DNA of 64,000 nt from Chiloscyllium plagiosum. Its lineage: Eukaryota. The DNA is taken from contig NC_057718.1 in NCBI RefSeq assembly GCF_004010195.1, positions 101,280,629 through 101,344,628 of the forward strand, given 5' to 3'. The position numbers were made by a program, and so were the translations under genes. Shown here piece by piece: positions 51,057-62,611 of this stretch (the stretch's first letter is position 1; each line of letters opens with the position of its first letter). The notes under the pieces are model-generated. The model was given only the letters and a program-made list of their open reading frames with translations. It was not told where the DNA came from and searched no databases.

Positions 51057-51944
51057 ATTTGCCCTGTCAATGTGAGATTTCAGTATGTAAGCACAAGATT
51101 CCCTCTCATTTTCCTCATTGCCAGAGAATATAGAGCCAACCCTTCCTCAAAGGACAATCCCTCCATCCCATGAATTAATTTGGTGTACTTTAATTGCTCT
51201 CCCTCTATGACAAATGTATCGTTCCTCCGGTGTAGGGACCAAAACTCTTTACAATTCTCCAAGCGTGAGAGATTGTGTGCAACTGTGGAGTTTCTTTCAT
51301 TTATTAGGGTTGGCTGGAAGTTGCAGAGAATGCCTGATGTACTCCAAATCGACGGTTCCCTGATTAAATGGTACTGCACACTGCTGAAAAGTTCAAAGCA
51401 AATGACAGGCGGCAATCATTTAAGGCTTTTGTGACTAATGGAATTTTGCTACATTTTCAGTTTGTGTTGTACAACTTTCAGAATTGATTGAAATTTAAAT
51501 GATTTTCTCCATTAAAGGAGCTTGTGGTCGCAAAATGTAACTTGTACTGTTCATTTTCTTTTCTTTGTGTTCCAATGACCTTTATAAATACTTAAACAAC
51601 TGTCCCCACATTGTGAGCAAAGGAAAGGTGCCTTTGTCATATCCAGTGTTTGCCTTTTAATTTTGAATATCCTTTTCTCCAAACTATGTTATCATGACTT
51701 TTGCTTTTGCAAACTAATTTGGAAATCTGTCAGAGAGGTAGATTTTTAAGGCCAGTTTCCATTCTGATCTGGTTTTCAGTAATTGCCATGTCAAAATCAA
51801 AAATCTGCAAGTATTTAACATGGCAGCCAGGATTGTAAGTTTGCATCACATTTCTTCAGAGGTTGTTAAATGGCAGGTGATACAACTGCTTCATAAAATA
51901 AGTCCTTGCTGTGATACCAAACCTGTCAATAATACAAATTTTCA

Positions 51945-52258
51945 TAGAATCCCCACAGTGTGAAAGCAGGCCATTCAGCCCATTACGTCCACGTTGACCC
52001 TCCGAAGAGCATCCCACCCTATCCTTGTGTCTCCCATGGCCAGGCTATCAACCTGCACACTATAGGACAATTTAGCAAGGCCAATCCACCCTAACTTGCA
52101 CATCTTTGGATTGTGGGAGGAAACCGGAGCATCCGAAGGAAACCCACACAGACACGGGGAGAATATGTAAGCTCCACACAGACGGCTGCCTGAAGGTGGA
52201 ATTGAACCTTGGTTCCGGGTGCTGTGAGGCAGCAGTGCTAACCACTGAGCCACCATGC
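51945..52258 (-). mobile_element. HE1-type SINE
   Basis: Reverse complement of head, core and tail. Confidence 0.88.
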
Positions 52259-52661
52259 TGCATTTTGATCGAAAACAAAAGATGCTGGAGATCACAGCGG
52301 GTCAGGCAGCATCCACTGAGAGAAAGCAAGCTACTGTTTCAAATCTCAATGAGTCCTCATCAGAGCTATAGCGAAGTGATGTTTAATAAGAGAGACTTAA
52401 AAAATAGAATGGGGAGTGTGTGAGTGTGCAGGGTCTACAATTCTAGAAGGGTTGCAGGAACTGAGAGACCTGAGCGAGATGTGAACAAATCATTGACGAG
52501 GACAGGGAAGGTTAACAAAATAATTAAAAAGCCATACAGAAATTTGGTCTTTATTAAACGAGGCATACAATACTAAAGCAATAAAGTTATGCTGCATTTC
52601 ATTAAAATACTGGTGCAGCTTCAACTAGAGCGTTGTTGGCAATTCTGATTATTGTCCAAGC

Positions 52662-53255
52662 GTGTGGTGCTGGAAATGCACAGCAGGTCAGGCGGCATCT
52701 GAGGAGCAGGAGAATCGATGTTTCAGGCATGAGCCCTTCATCAGGAATGAGGCTTGTGGGCCAAGGGGACTGAGAGATAAATGGAAGGGACAGTGGGGCT
52801 GGAGGAGGCCCTGGACCTGCATGTTCTTGATGGAGTGGGAGGAGGAGTTGCAGTGTTCGGCCACAGGGCAGTGGGGTTATTTAGTGCGTGTGTCCCAGAG
52901 ATGTTCTCTGAAATGTTCCTCAAGTTGGCGTCCTGTCTCCCCAATGTGGAGGAGACCACTTTGGGAGCAGCAGACACAGTGAATGACATATGTGGAAGTA
53001 CAGATCATCTGTCGGGTGTGGAATGATCCTTTTGGGCATTGGGCAGCGGTAATGGGGAAGGTATGGGTGCAGGTTTTGCACTTCTTGCAGTGGCATGGAA
53101 AGGTGCTGGAGTGGGTAACCACACGGCATCAATGTGGATTTCCCCATTTCCCCTCCCGCCACCTTATCCCAGTCCCAAATTCCTAACTTGGCACCGTCCT
53201 CTTGAACTCTCCTACCGGTCCATCTTCCTTCCCACCAATCCGCTCCACCCTCCTA
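52662..53255 (-). mobile_element. Decayed Penelope-like element with Cys-rich linker and GIY-YIG fragment
   Basis: ORF 52877..53122 CHCKKCKTCTH...PKGSFH...CTSTYVIHCVCCSQSGLLHIGETGRQLEEHFREHL, homologous to 29900-30110; decayed hammerhead at about 52717-52744. Confidence 0.88.
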
Positions 53256-53259
53256 GGCT

Positions 53260-53365
53260 TCACACACACAGTCACAGATACACAAGCACATGCACACACA
53301 CTCACACAGACACACATGCTCACACACGCACACACATGCTCACACACACGGACACACACACACAC
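53260..53365 (+). repeat. Imperfect (CA)n microsatellite
   Basis: Visible CA dinucleotide run. Confidence 0.9.
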
Positions 53366-54624
53366 TCTCTGACTCCTCGCCTTCCCACTCTGAAAGCACC
53401 TGACAAACCCGATGTCCTCCCAACGTCTCCATCTGAGCCAATCACAAGGTAGTGACCCCCGTGCATAGATTCTCAATTCCACACTTTTAACAAATTTATT
53501 GAATTCCACAGGATTCAAAGCTGAGTCCCTCAAGTCTCCGGATTAATACCACTTGGCTATTGCCTCCCCATTGCCAGAGAATGAGTGGAGGGAGGTTCAA
53601 GCATAGCTTTCGAAAGAGGGTTAACTAGTTATCTGAAGAGAAAAGATATGCAGGTCTATGGAGTAGAGGCATGACTCAAGTTGATCTCTCAAAGTACCAA
53701 CATGAATACACTGGGCAGAATGGTCTCCTGTATTGTAACTAGACTGATTCTGCTGCTCCTCGGAGCTGTCTGACCTGCTGTGCTTTTCCAGCACCACACA
53801 CTTGACTGTGATTCTCCTCGGCAAAAGATGTTTGTGCTCTATGTTTTCTTTGCAACACTGGAAAGTGCCTTGCCTGCAGTTCATGTTCCTCTTCCATTTG
53901 TACACCATGTTTCAGTACTCAACCCAAAAGGTCAAGTACCGTGCACTCTGACCCTGGCTGTATTTGTATACAGTGACTACCCAAGTTCCTGTACGCCCAT
54001 CGAGGCATTTTGAAATTTGATATGACGTTGCACAGGAGGACGTCTCCACCGCCTTAGAGAAAGGCAAAGCCTTGACGAGGGTGTCACTTTTGCTATTGAC
54101 CTATAATTGAATATACCACTCTCAGGTCATATCCTGGATTGGCCCTAGCTTTGAACTTTTCCAGGATTTGCCTTACGGGCAAGGGATTTCCACCTTTCCT
54201 TTCTGTTTAAAAACGATGCAATCCAGTCCTTGCACGAGCAGGGGTCTGAAAGCTTTAGATTCATGGCAGTGTATCACAAAGACTTTCTGTTGTTCCTCAG
54301 TCATCGCCTGACAATGTTAAGTTGTAACAGTGGCTAAGCTTTGAGACAAGTGACTATAAAGACTCCTTGGGAGATCTTGGCGTTAGGAGAGGCATGAAAG
54401 AAATGCATATCTTTCTTTTAATTTACGTGGAGTTTGATTTACATTTGGTGTATGATTCAGCTTGATAACTTTGAAGGAAGGCAGAGGATTCACTGTCTAC
54501 AGGGAGGATGGGAGGTTAGGGGCCTTGTAAATCCTTTAATTATCTTAAACACCTTAATAAAATATACCCTTGTCATCTAGGTTTGAGGGAACTCACCATG
54601 TCCTCATCATTTAACTCTGGTAGA

Positions 54625-55097
54625 AACATGGAAACACAGAGAATTGGAGCAGGAAATGGCCATTCAGCCCTTCAGGCTTACTCTCCCATTCAATATGATC
54701 ATGGCTGATCATCCAGCTCAGTCAATGTTCCATCCCCTTTGATCCCTTTAGCCCTAAAGAGCCATATCTAACTCTTTCTTGAAAATGTCCCATGTTTTGG
54801 CCTCCACCACTTTCTGGGTGAAGACATTTCTCTCATCTCAGTCCTGAATGTTCTACCCTGTACCCTTATACTGTGCCCCTTGGTTCTGGGCCATTCTCCC
54901 TGCACTGACCCTGTCTGACAATTTTTTACAAGTCCATTCTCTCTTAATACACCAGTCCTGCCATCCCAGGAATCAGTCTGGCAAACTTTTGTTGCACTCC
55001 CTCCATAGCTAGAACATCCTTCCTCAGAAAAAGAAACCAAAACTGCGCGCAGTACTCCAGGTGTGGTCTCACCAAGGTCCTGTACAATTGCAGCAAG
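54625..55097 (-). mobile_element. Older CR1 LINE fragment
   Basis: RTKGHSIRVQGRTFRTEMR and other CR1 ORF2 C-terminal remnants. Confidence 0.8.
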
Positions 55098-55114
55098 ATA
55101 GCCATTTGTAAGCT

Positions 55115-55250
55115 TTGCTGATGAAGGGCTTATGCCCGAAATGTCAATTCTCCTGCTCTTCAGATGCTGCCTAACCTGCTGTGTTTTTCCAGCACCATAC
55201 TTATCGACTCTGATCTCCAGCATCTGCAGTCCTGACTTTCTCCTCGTTGA
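55115..55250 (+). mobile_element. PLE terminal insertion with near-intact hammerhead (55118-55145)
   Basis: TSD atagcc(a/c)tttgtaagct at 55098-55114 and 55253-55269; CTGATGA-A-GGGC-TTAT-GCCC-GAAATGTC. Confidence 0.85.
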
Positions 55251-55534
55251 TTATAGCCCTTTGTAAGCTGCACTGTGCCCCAACGATTGATCAATGGCAA
55301 CTGGTCCCATTATGCATCAAGTGCAAAGTCAACCTCTTTGGCCAGAACCACACTACCAGTTACTGGGACTGGAAGAATCCATCAGCTGGAGCTGGAGGGT
55401 TGTGGGTGGTGGGGGAAGTGGGGCTTGTCACTGAGAAAGCTGAGGTGGTGACCTGATCAAGTACTTTCAGATTGTGAGCGGCTTTGAAAAGATGGATATT
55501 TCGAAGATGTTTAGGAAAGGTGTTTATGTAACAG

Positions 55535-56737
55535 GCAAGAACTTTCAAAAGCTGATTGGGGGCAGATGCTCGCAGGTAAAGGGCCGGCTGGAAAATGGGA
55601 AGCCTTTAGAAATGAGATAACGAGAGTACAGATTACGGTACATTCCTGTTAGGGTGAAAGGAAAGGCTGGTAGGTGTTGGGAAGGCTGGATGATGAAAGA
55701 AATTAAGGGTTTGATTATGAAAAAGAAGGAAGCATATGTAAGGTATAGACAGGAGAGAGCGAGTGAATCCTTAGAAAAGTATAAAGGCAGTAGGAGTATA
55801 CTAAAGTGGGAAATCAAGAGGGCAAAAAGGGAGCATGAGATAGCTTTGGCAAAAATAGTTAAGGAGAATCCGAAGGGATTTTAAAAATACATGAAGGACA
55901 AAAGGGTAATGAGGGAGAGAATAGGGCCCCTCAAAGATCAGCAAAATGGCCTTTGTGTGGAACCGCAAGGGTTGGGAGACGCTCTAAATGAGTGTTTTGC
56001 ACCAGTGTTTACTGTGAAGAAGGATATGGAAGATATAGAATGTGTAGAAATATATGGTGACATCTTGAAAAATGTCCATAATACAGAGGAGGAAGTGCTG
56101 GATGTCTTGAAATGCAAAAAGTGGATAAATCCCCAGGACCTGATCAGGTGTACACTAAAACTCTGTGGGAAGCTAGGGAAGTGATTGCTGGGCCTCTTGC
56201 TGAGATATTTGTATCATCAATAATCACAGGTAAGGTGCCTGAAGACTAGATGTTGGCTAGTGTGGTGCCACTGTTTAAGAAGGGTGACAAGGACAAGCCA
56301 GGGAACTGTAGACCCGTAAGCCTGACATCGGTGGTGGGCAAGTTGTTGGAGGGAATCCTGTGTGACAGGGCTTACATGTACTTGGAAAGGTAAGGACTGA
56401 TTATGGATAGCCAACTTGGCTTTGTGCATGGGAAATCATGTCTCTTGAACTTGATTGAGTTTTTTGAAGAAGTAATGTAGAAGATTGATGAGGCCAGAGT
56501 GATGGATGTGATCTATGTGAACTTCAGTAGGGCATTCGGCAAGATTCCTTATGGGAGACTAGTTAGCAACGTTAGATCTCATGGAATACAGGGAGAACTA
56601 GCCATTTGGATAGAGAACTGGCTCAAAAGTAGAAGACAGAGGGTGGTGGTGGAGGGTTGTTTTTCAGTCTGGAGGCCTGTGACCAGTGGAGTGCCACAAG
56701 GATCGGTGCTGGGTCCTCTAGTTTTCATCATTTATAT
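55535..56737 (+). mobile_element. CR1 LINE ORF2 reverse-transcriptase region, disrupted
   Basis: [48 protein letters not shown]; stops and frameshifts. Confidence 0.93.
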
Positions 56738-57282
56738 AGAGTCATAGAGATGTACACCATGGAAACAGACCCTTCAGTCCAACCCGTCCATGCTGACCAG
56801 ATATCCCAACCCAATCTAGTCCCACCTGCCAGCACCCGGCCCATATCCCTCCAAACCCTTCCTATTCATATACCCATCCAAATACCTCTTAAATGTTGCA
56901 ATTGTACCAGCCTNNNNNNNNNNNNNNNNNNNNNNNNNNNNNNNNNNNNNNNNNNNNNNNNNNNNNNNNNNNNNNNNNNNNNNNNNNNNNNNCAATATTC
57001 CAACAGTGGCCTAACCAATGTCCTGTACAGCCACAACATGACCTCCCAACTCCTGTACTCAATACTCTGACCAATAAAGGAAAGCATACCAAACGTCTAC
57101 TTCACTATCCTATCTACCTGCAACTCCATTTTCAAGGAGCTATGAACCTGCACTCCAAGGTCTCTTTGTTCAGCAACACTCCCTAGGACCTTACCATTAA
57201 GTGTATAAGTCCTGCTGATTATTTGTTTTTCCAAAGTGCAGCACCTCGCATTTCTCTAAATTAAACTCCATCTACCACTCCT
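56738..57282 (-). mobile_element. CR1 LINE 3' part, inverted (N gap 56914-56992)
   Basis: MLSFIGQSIEYRSWEVMLWLYRTLVRPLLEY; 3' tail at 56738. Confidence 0.9.
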
Positions 57283-57645
57283 ATAAAATCATGAGGGGCA
57301 TGGATAGGATAAATAGACAAGGTCTTTTCCCAGGGGTGGGGGAGTCCAGAACTTGAAGGCATAAGTTTAGGGTGAGAGGGGAAAGATATAAAAGAAACCT
57401 AAGGGGCAACGTTTTCACTCAGAGGGTGGTATATGTATCGAATGAGCTGCCAGAGGAAGTGGTGGAGGCTGGTACAATTGCGGCATTTAAGAGGCATTTG
57501 GATGGGTATATGAATAGGAAGGGTTTGGAGGGATATGAGCCGGGTGCTGGCAGGTGGGACTAGATTAGGTTGGGATATCTGGTCGGCATGGATGAGTTGG
57601 ACCGAAGGGTCTGTTTCCGTGCTGTACATCTCTATGACTCTGTGA
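57283..57645 (+). mobile_element. CR1 LINE 3' part
   Basis: ORF 57372..57563 FTQRVVYVSNELPEEVVEAGTI; ctctatga tail. Confidence 0.9.
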
Positions 57646-59519
57646 CTTGTGGACAAGACCAGAACATGAGGCAAAAGCCCGAAGAGACCCACTTGTAAAT
57701 GCAACAGGAAACATGAGAGAGAGGTGAAAACATGAGATTTCCAGCAGATGGAATCAAGGTGAGCAGTGTTGCTGTGTTCAAACCCACACATTGGAGGAAA
57801 GATTTGGAAGTCAGGCTCCGTGGGCTTCAGTGAATTGCTTGGCAGCTGCAATCTCATAAACTCTCAGACTCTTTCTGCTGTAAATATTTGGTAGCTCAGT
57901 CCAGCATTGTCAATACTATCTGAATTAAAAAGCCGGACATTTCATTTGAAGCACTGTTTTAGTGTTAAAATGACGTGTTATCTAAAAATGCGTGATGTGC
58001 ATGCTGTTAATGCTGACACATGCAATGTCAGCCACATAGTGGACAATAAATTAACATGATTGCCCCTTGAAGTGGCATGTGCTGTGACCCTGTGGGAGGG
58101 TTGTGATCATTGAGTATTGTTGTGCATTCCATCTGAGAAACCTGTGGCAGATCTCCCCAAACTGTGACCTGGATGGTCAGCCGTGAGCTGTCATTTCCAT
58201 CATAATGACCACCACCACTGCCTCAAGGGAGTCGTCATGGCCCAAAGATAGTAACAAGAGACAGAACACTGCCAAAGGACTTTGTGCCCCCGGCGTAAAT
58301 GAGAAGTAGACTGAGGAAAGATTGGACATGTTAGCCTACAAAATGGTGAATGGAATACGTTGAGAGCTAAGGGTGCCCACCATAATTCTCTCTAGCTTAT
58401 CCTGAATCAGGAAAAGTTTGTGCTTGACATGGAGTCACTAGTCACTGCTCCTGATGTGTTGTGGTTATGGGCTACAATTTCCCAGTGGTGGTGTTGCCTT
58501 TCATTGCAATGAATGAGGCCTCTGTTTATACAGCAATCGCCACACAAACCAGACAGGAACTGCAGTATCGAAGCTTTGAGCTGGCTCTTCATTGACTCCT
58601 TCAGCAATGACACGTCCAGCAACATAACACAGTCAAAGATCGTTTTTTTCAAACTGTTGTATTAAGTTATGCAGTGCACTTAAAAACATCTTAAACTGAA
58701 GCAGAGTCGAAATGAATTAGTTACATAATTTAGGAACTCCACAAAATTATTCAACAATTTAGAGAAAGATCAAAAGGTTTCTCCTCACGACCCTGCAAAA
58801 TTAATTTTTATTCTCAAGTAACATATTCTCAAGAAAACAATCTTTTATGAACTTGGTTTTCCCTTACTATTCTATGCTGGCACTGAATACTTCATTTAAA
58901 ATCATTCATGGGACGTGGGTGTCGCTGGCTGGGTCAGTATTTATTGCCCGTCCCTAGTTGCCCCTTGAGGAGGTGGTGGTGAGCTGCCTTCCTGAGCTGC
59001 TGCAGTCCATTTGATGGGAGATGTACAATGTTTGAACTTTATTAATGGCTGTCGTTGTACAACAATGTGTCTTTACACAACACTTCAACTGGTTAACCTT
59101 CTCATGAGCCATACAGGAATGATCATTGAGAGAAATTCATTCCAAGCGATGCTAAAATGGTGACCCAAAGCTAGGCCATGAAGAGAGGGTTTAAGACTTC
59201 AGAGGAAGGAAGAAGAGATATGAGCATGTGAGGGGGTGGAGGGAGGGGGGTAATTCCCCAGCTTAGAGCGGAGGGAGCTGTAGGTTAATGGTAGGGCAAT
59301 GAAAGTGGTGGTGGTATTCAGTCCAGCATATCAGGAGATGGTCAACTAGTGGGAGATCACTGGACAAGTCATCCAGTGGGCCTGGCTAATGCTAGGGAGA
59401 TGAGTTCAGATCCCACCACAGCCAGTGCGCCACTTTGGACTCAATGAATAAATCTGGAGTGATAAAACTAGTCTCATGGTGACAATGATCATCGATCGCT
59501 GTGTCCGATTCACTTGGTT

Positions 59520-60069
59520 AGAGACAAAATAAAACTGCAGATGCTGGAATCCAAAGTAGACAGACAGGAGGCTGGAAGAACACAGCAAGGCAGGCAGCAT
59601 CAGCAGGCTGGGGGAGCACAGCAAGGCAGGCAGCATCAGGAGGCTGGGGGAACACAGCAAGGCAGGCAGCATCAGCAGGCTGGGGGAGCACAGCAAGGCA
59701 GGCAGCATCAGCAGGCTGGAAGAACACAGCAAGGCTGGCAGCATCAGGAGACTGGGAGAACACAGCAAGGCAGGCAGTATCAGGAGGCTGGGGGAACACA
59801 GCAAGGCAGGCAGTATCAGGAAGCTGGGGGAACACAGCAAGGCAGGCAGTATCAGGAGGCTGGGAGAACACAGCAAGGCAGGCAGCATCAGGAGGCTGGG
59901 AGAACACAGCAAGGCAGGCAGCATCAGGAGGTGGAGAAGAAATCAATGTTTCGGGAGTAACCCCCCTTCATGTCCTGAACAAGGGTTACACCTGAAACGT
60001 TGACTTCTCTACCTCCCGACGCTGCCTGGCTTGCTGCCTTGTTCCGGCCTCCTGTCTGTACTTTGGATC
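59520..60069. mobile_element. PLE hairpin element with an internally expanded left arm
   Basis: aaaactgcagatgctggaatccaaagtagacag... left arm; inverted right arm at about 59972-60069 with decayed core ctgaacaagggttacacctgaaacgttg. Confidence 0.8.
59565..59931 (+). repeat. 36-bp minisatellite, 10 units plus 7 nt
   Basis: Unit caggaggctgggagaacacagcaaggcaggcagcat repeated head-to-tail. Confidence 0.95.
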
Positions 60070-60726
60070 TGATTCATTGACATCCTTTAGAGTCTCTGAT
60101 TGGCTCTTAACAGTACTGGCAAGCCACTCAGTTCAGGGGCAGTTAGGGACATGTGACAAATGCTGCCATTGCTGGTGATGCCCTCATCCCATGAAAAGAT
60201 CAAGAAGAAGGATTGGGGGGGGGCGGGGGGGTGGGGGGGTGTGCGTGTGGAGTGGGTGTGGTTGTGGTGGTGCTGAGGGGTGGCTAGTTGTTGTACGGCT
60301 GTGCCACTCTCTGTCTCATTGCCCCCCTGACTGCAGCTCAGCCCCTCGGGCAGCTTGGCCAAAGGGGAGGACAGCGTCAATCCGTTCCAGTAAAACCAAG
60401 TACATCTCACCAGTTTATAAACTTCTTCCGCTCTTGAAATCTTCCTTTTGAGCAGGCTTGTGGGAATTCCATTCCTCAGTCTGCCGCCAAAGAGCTGGCA
60501 GCAATACCATCAGCGTAGCGTTCCCCGTTCCCCTCTGCTGTTCCACCTCCTGCTGTCCTCCGCGAGGTGTCCCAAGGCTCCTTCTGATAAGATGCTGAAG
60601 CTTCTTCAGAGTAATTCAAAGCAGCACGAGTGCTTTTGGAAACGTTCTGACGTGGAAAGGTGATACATCAACACAAATCTTACTTACTGGGTCGCAATGC
60701 AGTACAGAACCTGTCAGAGTTATTGG

Positions 60727-60906
60727 GCAAAGTTAAAAATCATGCAACACCAGGTTATAGTCCAACAGATTTATTGGGAAGCACTAGCTTTCAGAGCGCT
60801 GCTCCTTCATCAGGTGGTTGTGGAGCAGAATCATAAGACATAGACTTTATAGCAAAAGGATTGCAGTGTAATGGAATGTAATATTAAACACCGGCACCTC
60901 CAAATC
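60727..60906 (-). mobile_element. PLE family C element
   Basis: caaagttaaaaatcatgcaacaccaggttatagtcc arm plus an inverted tail aacaccggcacctccaaatca. Confidence 0.8.
60785..60813 (-). ncRNA. Minimal hammerhead ribozyme motif, family C
   Basis: Minus strand CTGATGA-A-GGAGC-AGC-GCTCT-GAAAG-CTA. Confidence 0.7.
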
Positions 60907-61402
60907 AAGACTTCTTGGGGTGAGTCTTGCAGCTGTTTGACACCAGGACAGCAAAGTGCTGCTTCATTTTCTCCAACTGCTTTGCCATCGGTGGTCTCTG
61001 GATGGTAGCCTCCAGCGCTGGTAAACTTGCAGAAGCTGTCCGACTGCAAGAACCTGAAGGAGGGTCACTGGATTCAAAACATGAACTCTCTCCACAGAAT
61101 CTAGCCATGATGTGGAGATGGTGGTGTTGAACAGACGTGGACAAGGTCTGAAGTCACACAACACCAGGTTATAGTCCAGCAGGTTCATTTGAAATCACAA
61201 GCTTTCGGAGCACTGCTCCTTTGCCTGACGTAAGCGCTCAGAAAGCTTGTGATTTTAAATAAACAATGCACAAAGAAAATTACAGCACCAGAACAGGCTC
61301 ATTGGCCGTCCAAGCCTGCACCGATCCAGATTCTCTATCTAAACCTGTCGCTTATTTTCTAAGGATCTGTATCGCTCTACTCCCTGCCCATTCATGTATC
61401 TG

Positions 61403-61584
61403 GATTAGTGGTGCTGGCAGAGCACGGCAGTTCAGGCAGCATCCAAGGAGCAGCGAAATCGACGTTTCGGGCAAAAGCCCTTCATCAGGAATAAAGGCAG
61501 AGAGCCTGAAGTGTGGAGAGATAACCTAGAGGAGGGTGGGGGTGGGGAGAAAGTAGCCAGCATCTGCAGTCATTGTTTTTACCT
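61403..61584 (-). mobile_element. PLE family A insertion nested in CR1
   Basis: TSD cattcatgtatctg at 61389-61402 and 61585-61598; long minus arm plus a short inverted tail. Confidence 0.9.
61461..61488 (-). ncRNA. Minimal type-I hammerhead ribozyme motif, intact core
   Basis: Minus strand CTGATGA-A-GGGC-TTTT-GCCC-GAAAC-GTC. Confidence 0.8.
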
Positions 61585-62611
61585 CATTCATGTATCTGTC
61601 TAGATACATCGTAAATGACGCTATGGTGCCCGCCTCCACCACCTCTGCTGGCAATGCGTTCCAGTCCCCCACCACCCTCTGCGTAAAGAGTTTTCCATGC
61701 ATATCTCCCCTAAACATTTCACCTCTCACTTTGAACTCGTGACCCCTAGTAATTGAGTCCCCCATTCTGGGGAAAAAGCTTCTTGCTGTCCACCCTGTCT
61801 ATATCTCCCATGATTTTGTAGACCTCAATCAGGTCCCCCCTCAACCTCCGTCTTTCTAATGAAAATAATCCTAATCTACTCAACCTCTCCTCATAGCTAG
61901 CGCCCTCCATACCAGGCAACATCCTAGTGAACCTCCTCTGCACCCTCTCCAAAGCATCCACATCCTTTTGGTGATGTGGTGACCAGAAGTGTACGCAGTA
62001 TTCCAAATGCAGCTGAACTAAAGTCCTATACAACTGTAACATGACCTGCCAACTCTTGTAATCAATACCCTGTCCAATGAAGGAAAGCATGGCGTATGCC
62101 TTCTTGACCACTTTACTGACCTACATTGGCACTTTCAGGAAACAATGGACCTGAACACCCAGATCTCTCTGTACATCAATTTTCTCCAGCACTTTTCCAT
62201 TTGCAGTATAGTTGGCTATTGAATTGGATCTTCCAAAATACATCACTTCGCTTTTGCCCGGATTGAACTCCATCTGCCATTTCTCTGCCCATCTCTCCAG
62301 TCTATCTATATTCTGCTGTCGGGAGTTGGACTATAACCTGATGTCATGTGACTTCTGACTTGGTCCATGCATGCTGGTACACCTGCTGAGTTTCTCCAGC
62401 AATTCCTCTTTCCTTTCAAATCTCCACCATCCACTGTTCTTTGTTTTATTTAAGTGTATTTGTCTTTGGGGGCACAGGTGATATCAAAGAACTGAACATT
62501 ACTGTAATCGAAGTGCACGTAGGAACTGCAAGAGTATATATAAGGGCTTTCTAAAGTTGGGAGCAGGACCTATAAGTGAGGTCATGAGCTACAACCTTGG
62601 GGTCTTGAATT

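Larger units (their letters stand above)
61266..62320 (-). mobile_element. CR1 LINE 3' part, inserted in a PLE family C hairpin (61107-61265 and 62326-62367)
   Basis: ORFs 61746..62111 and 61526..61765 are the CR1 ORF2 C-terminus; the host arm resumes at gttggactataacctg. Confidence 0.9.

Noticed and set aside
59565..59931. 36-bp periodic repeats as a CRISPR array, or the overlapping 142-172 aa ORFs as genes
   Set aside because: Units are head-to-tail with no unique spacers, there are no cas genes, the context is vertebrate, and the ORFs arise only because the unit lacks stops
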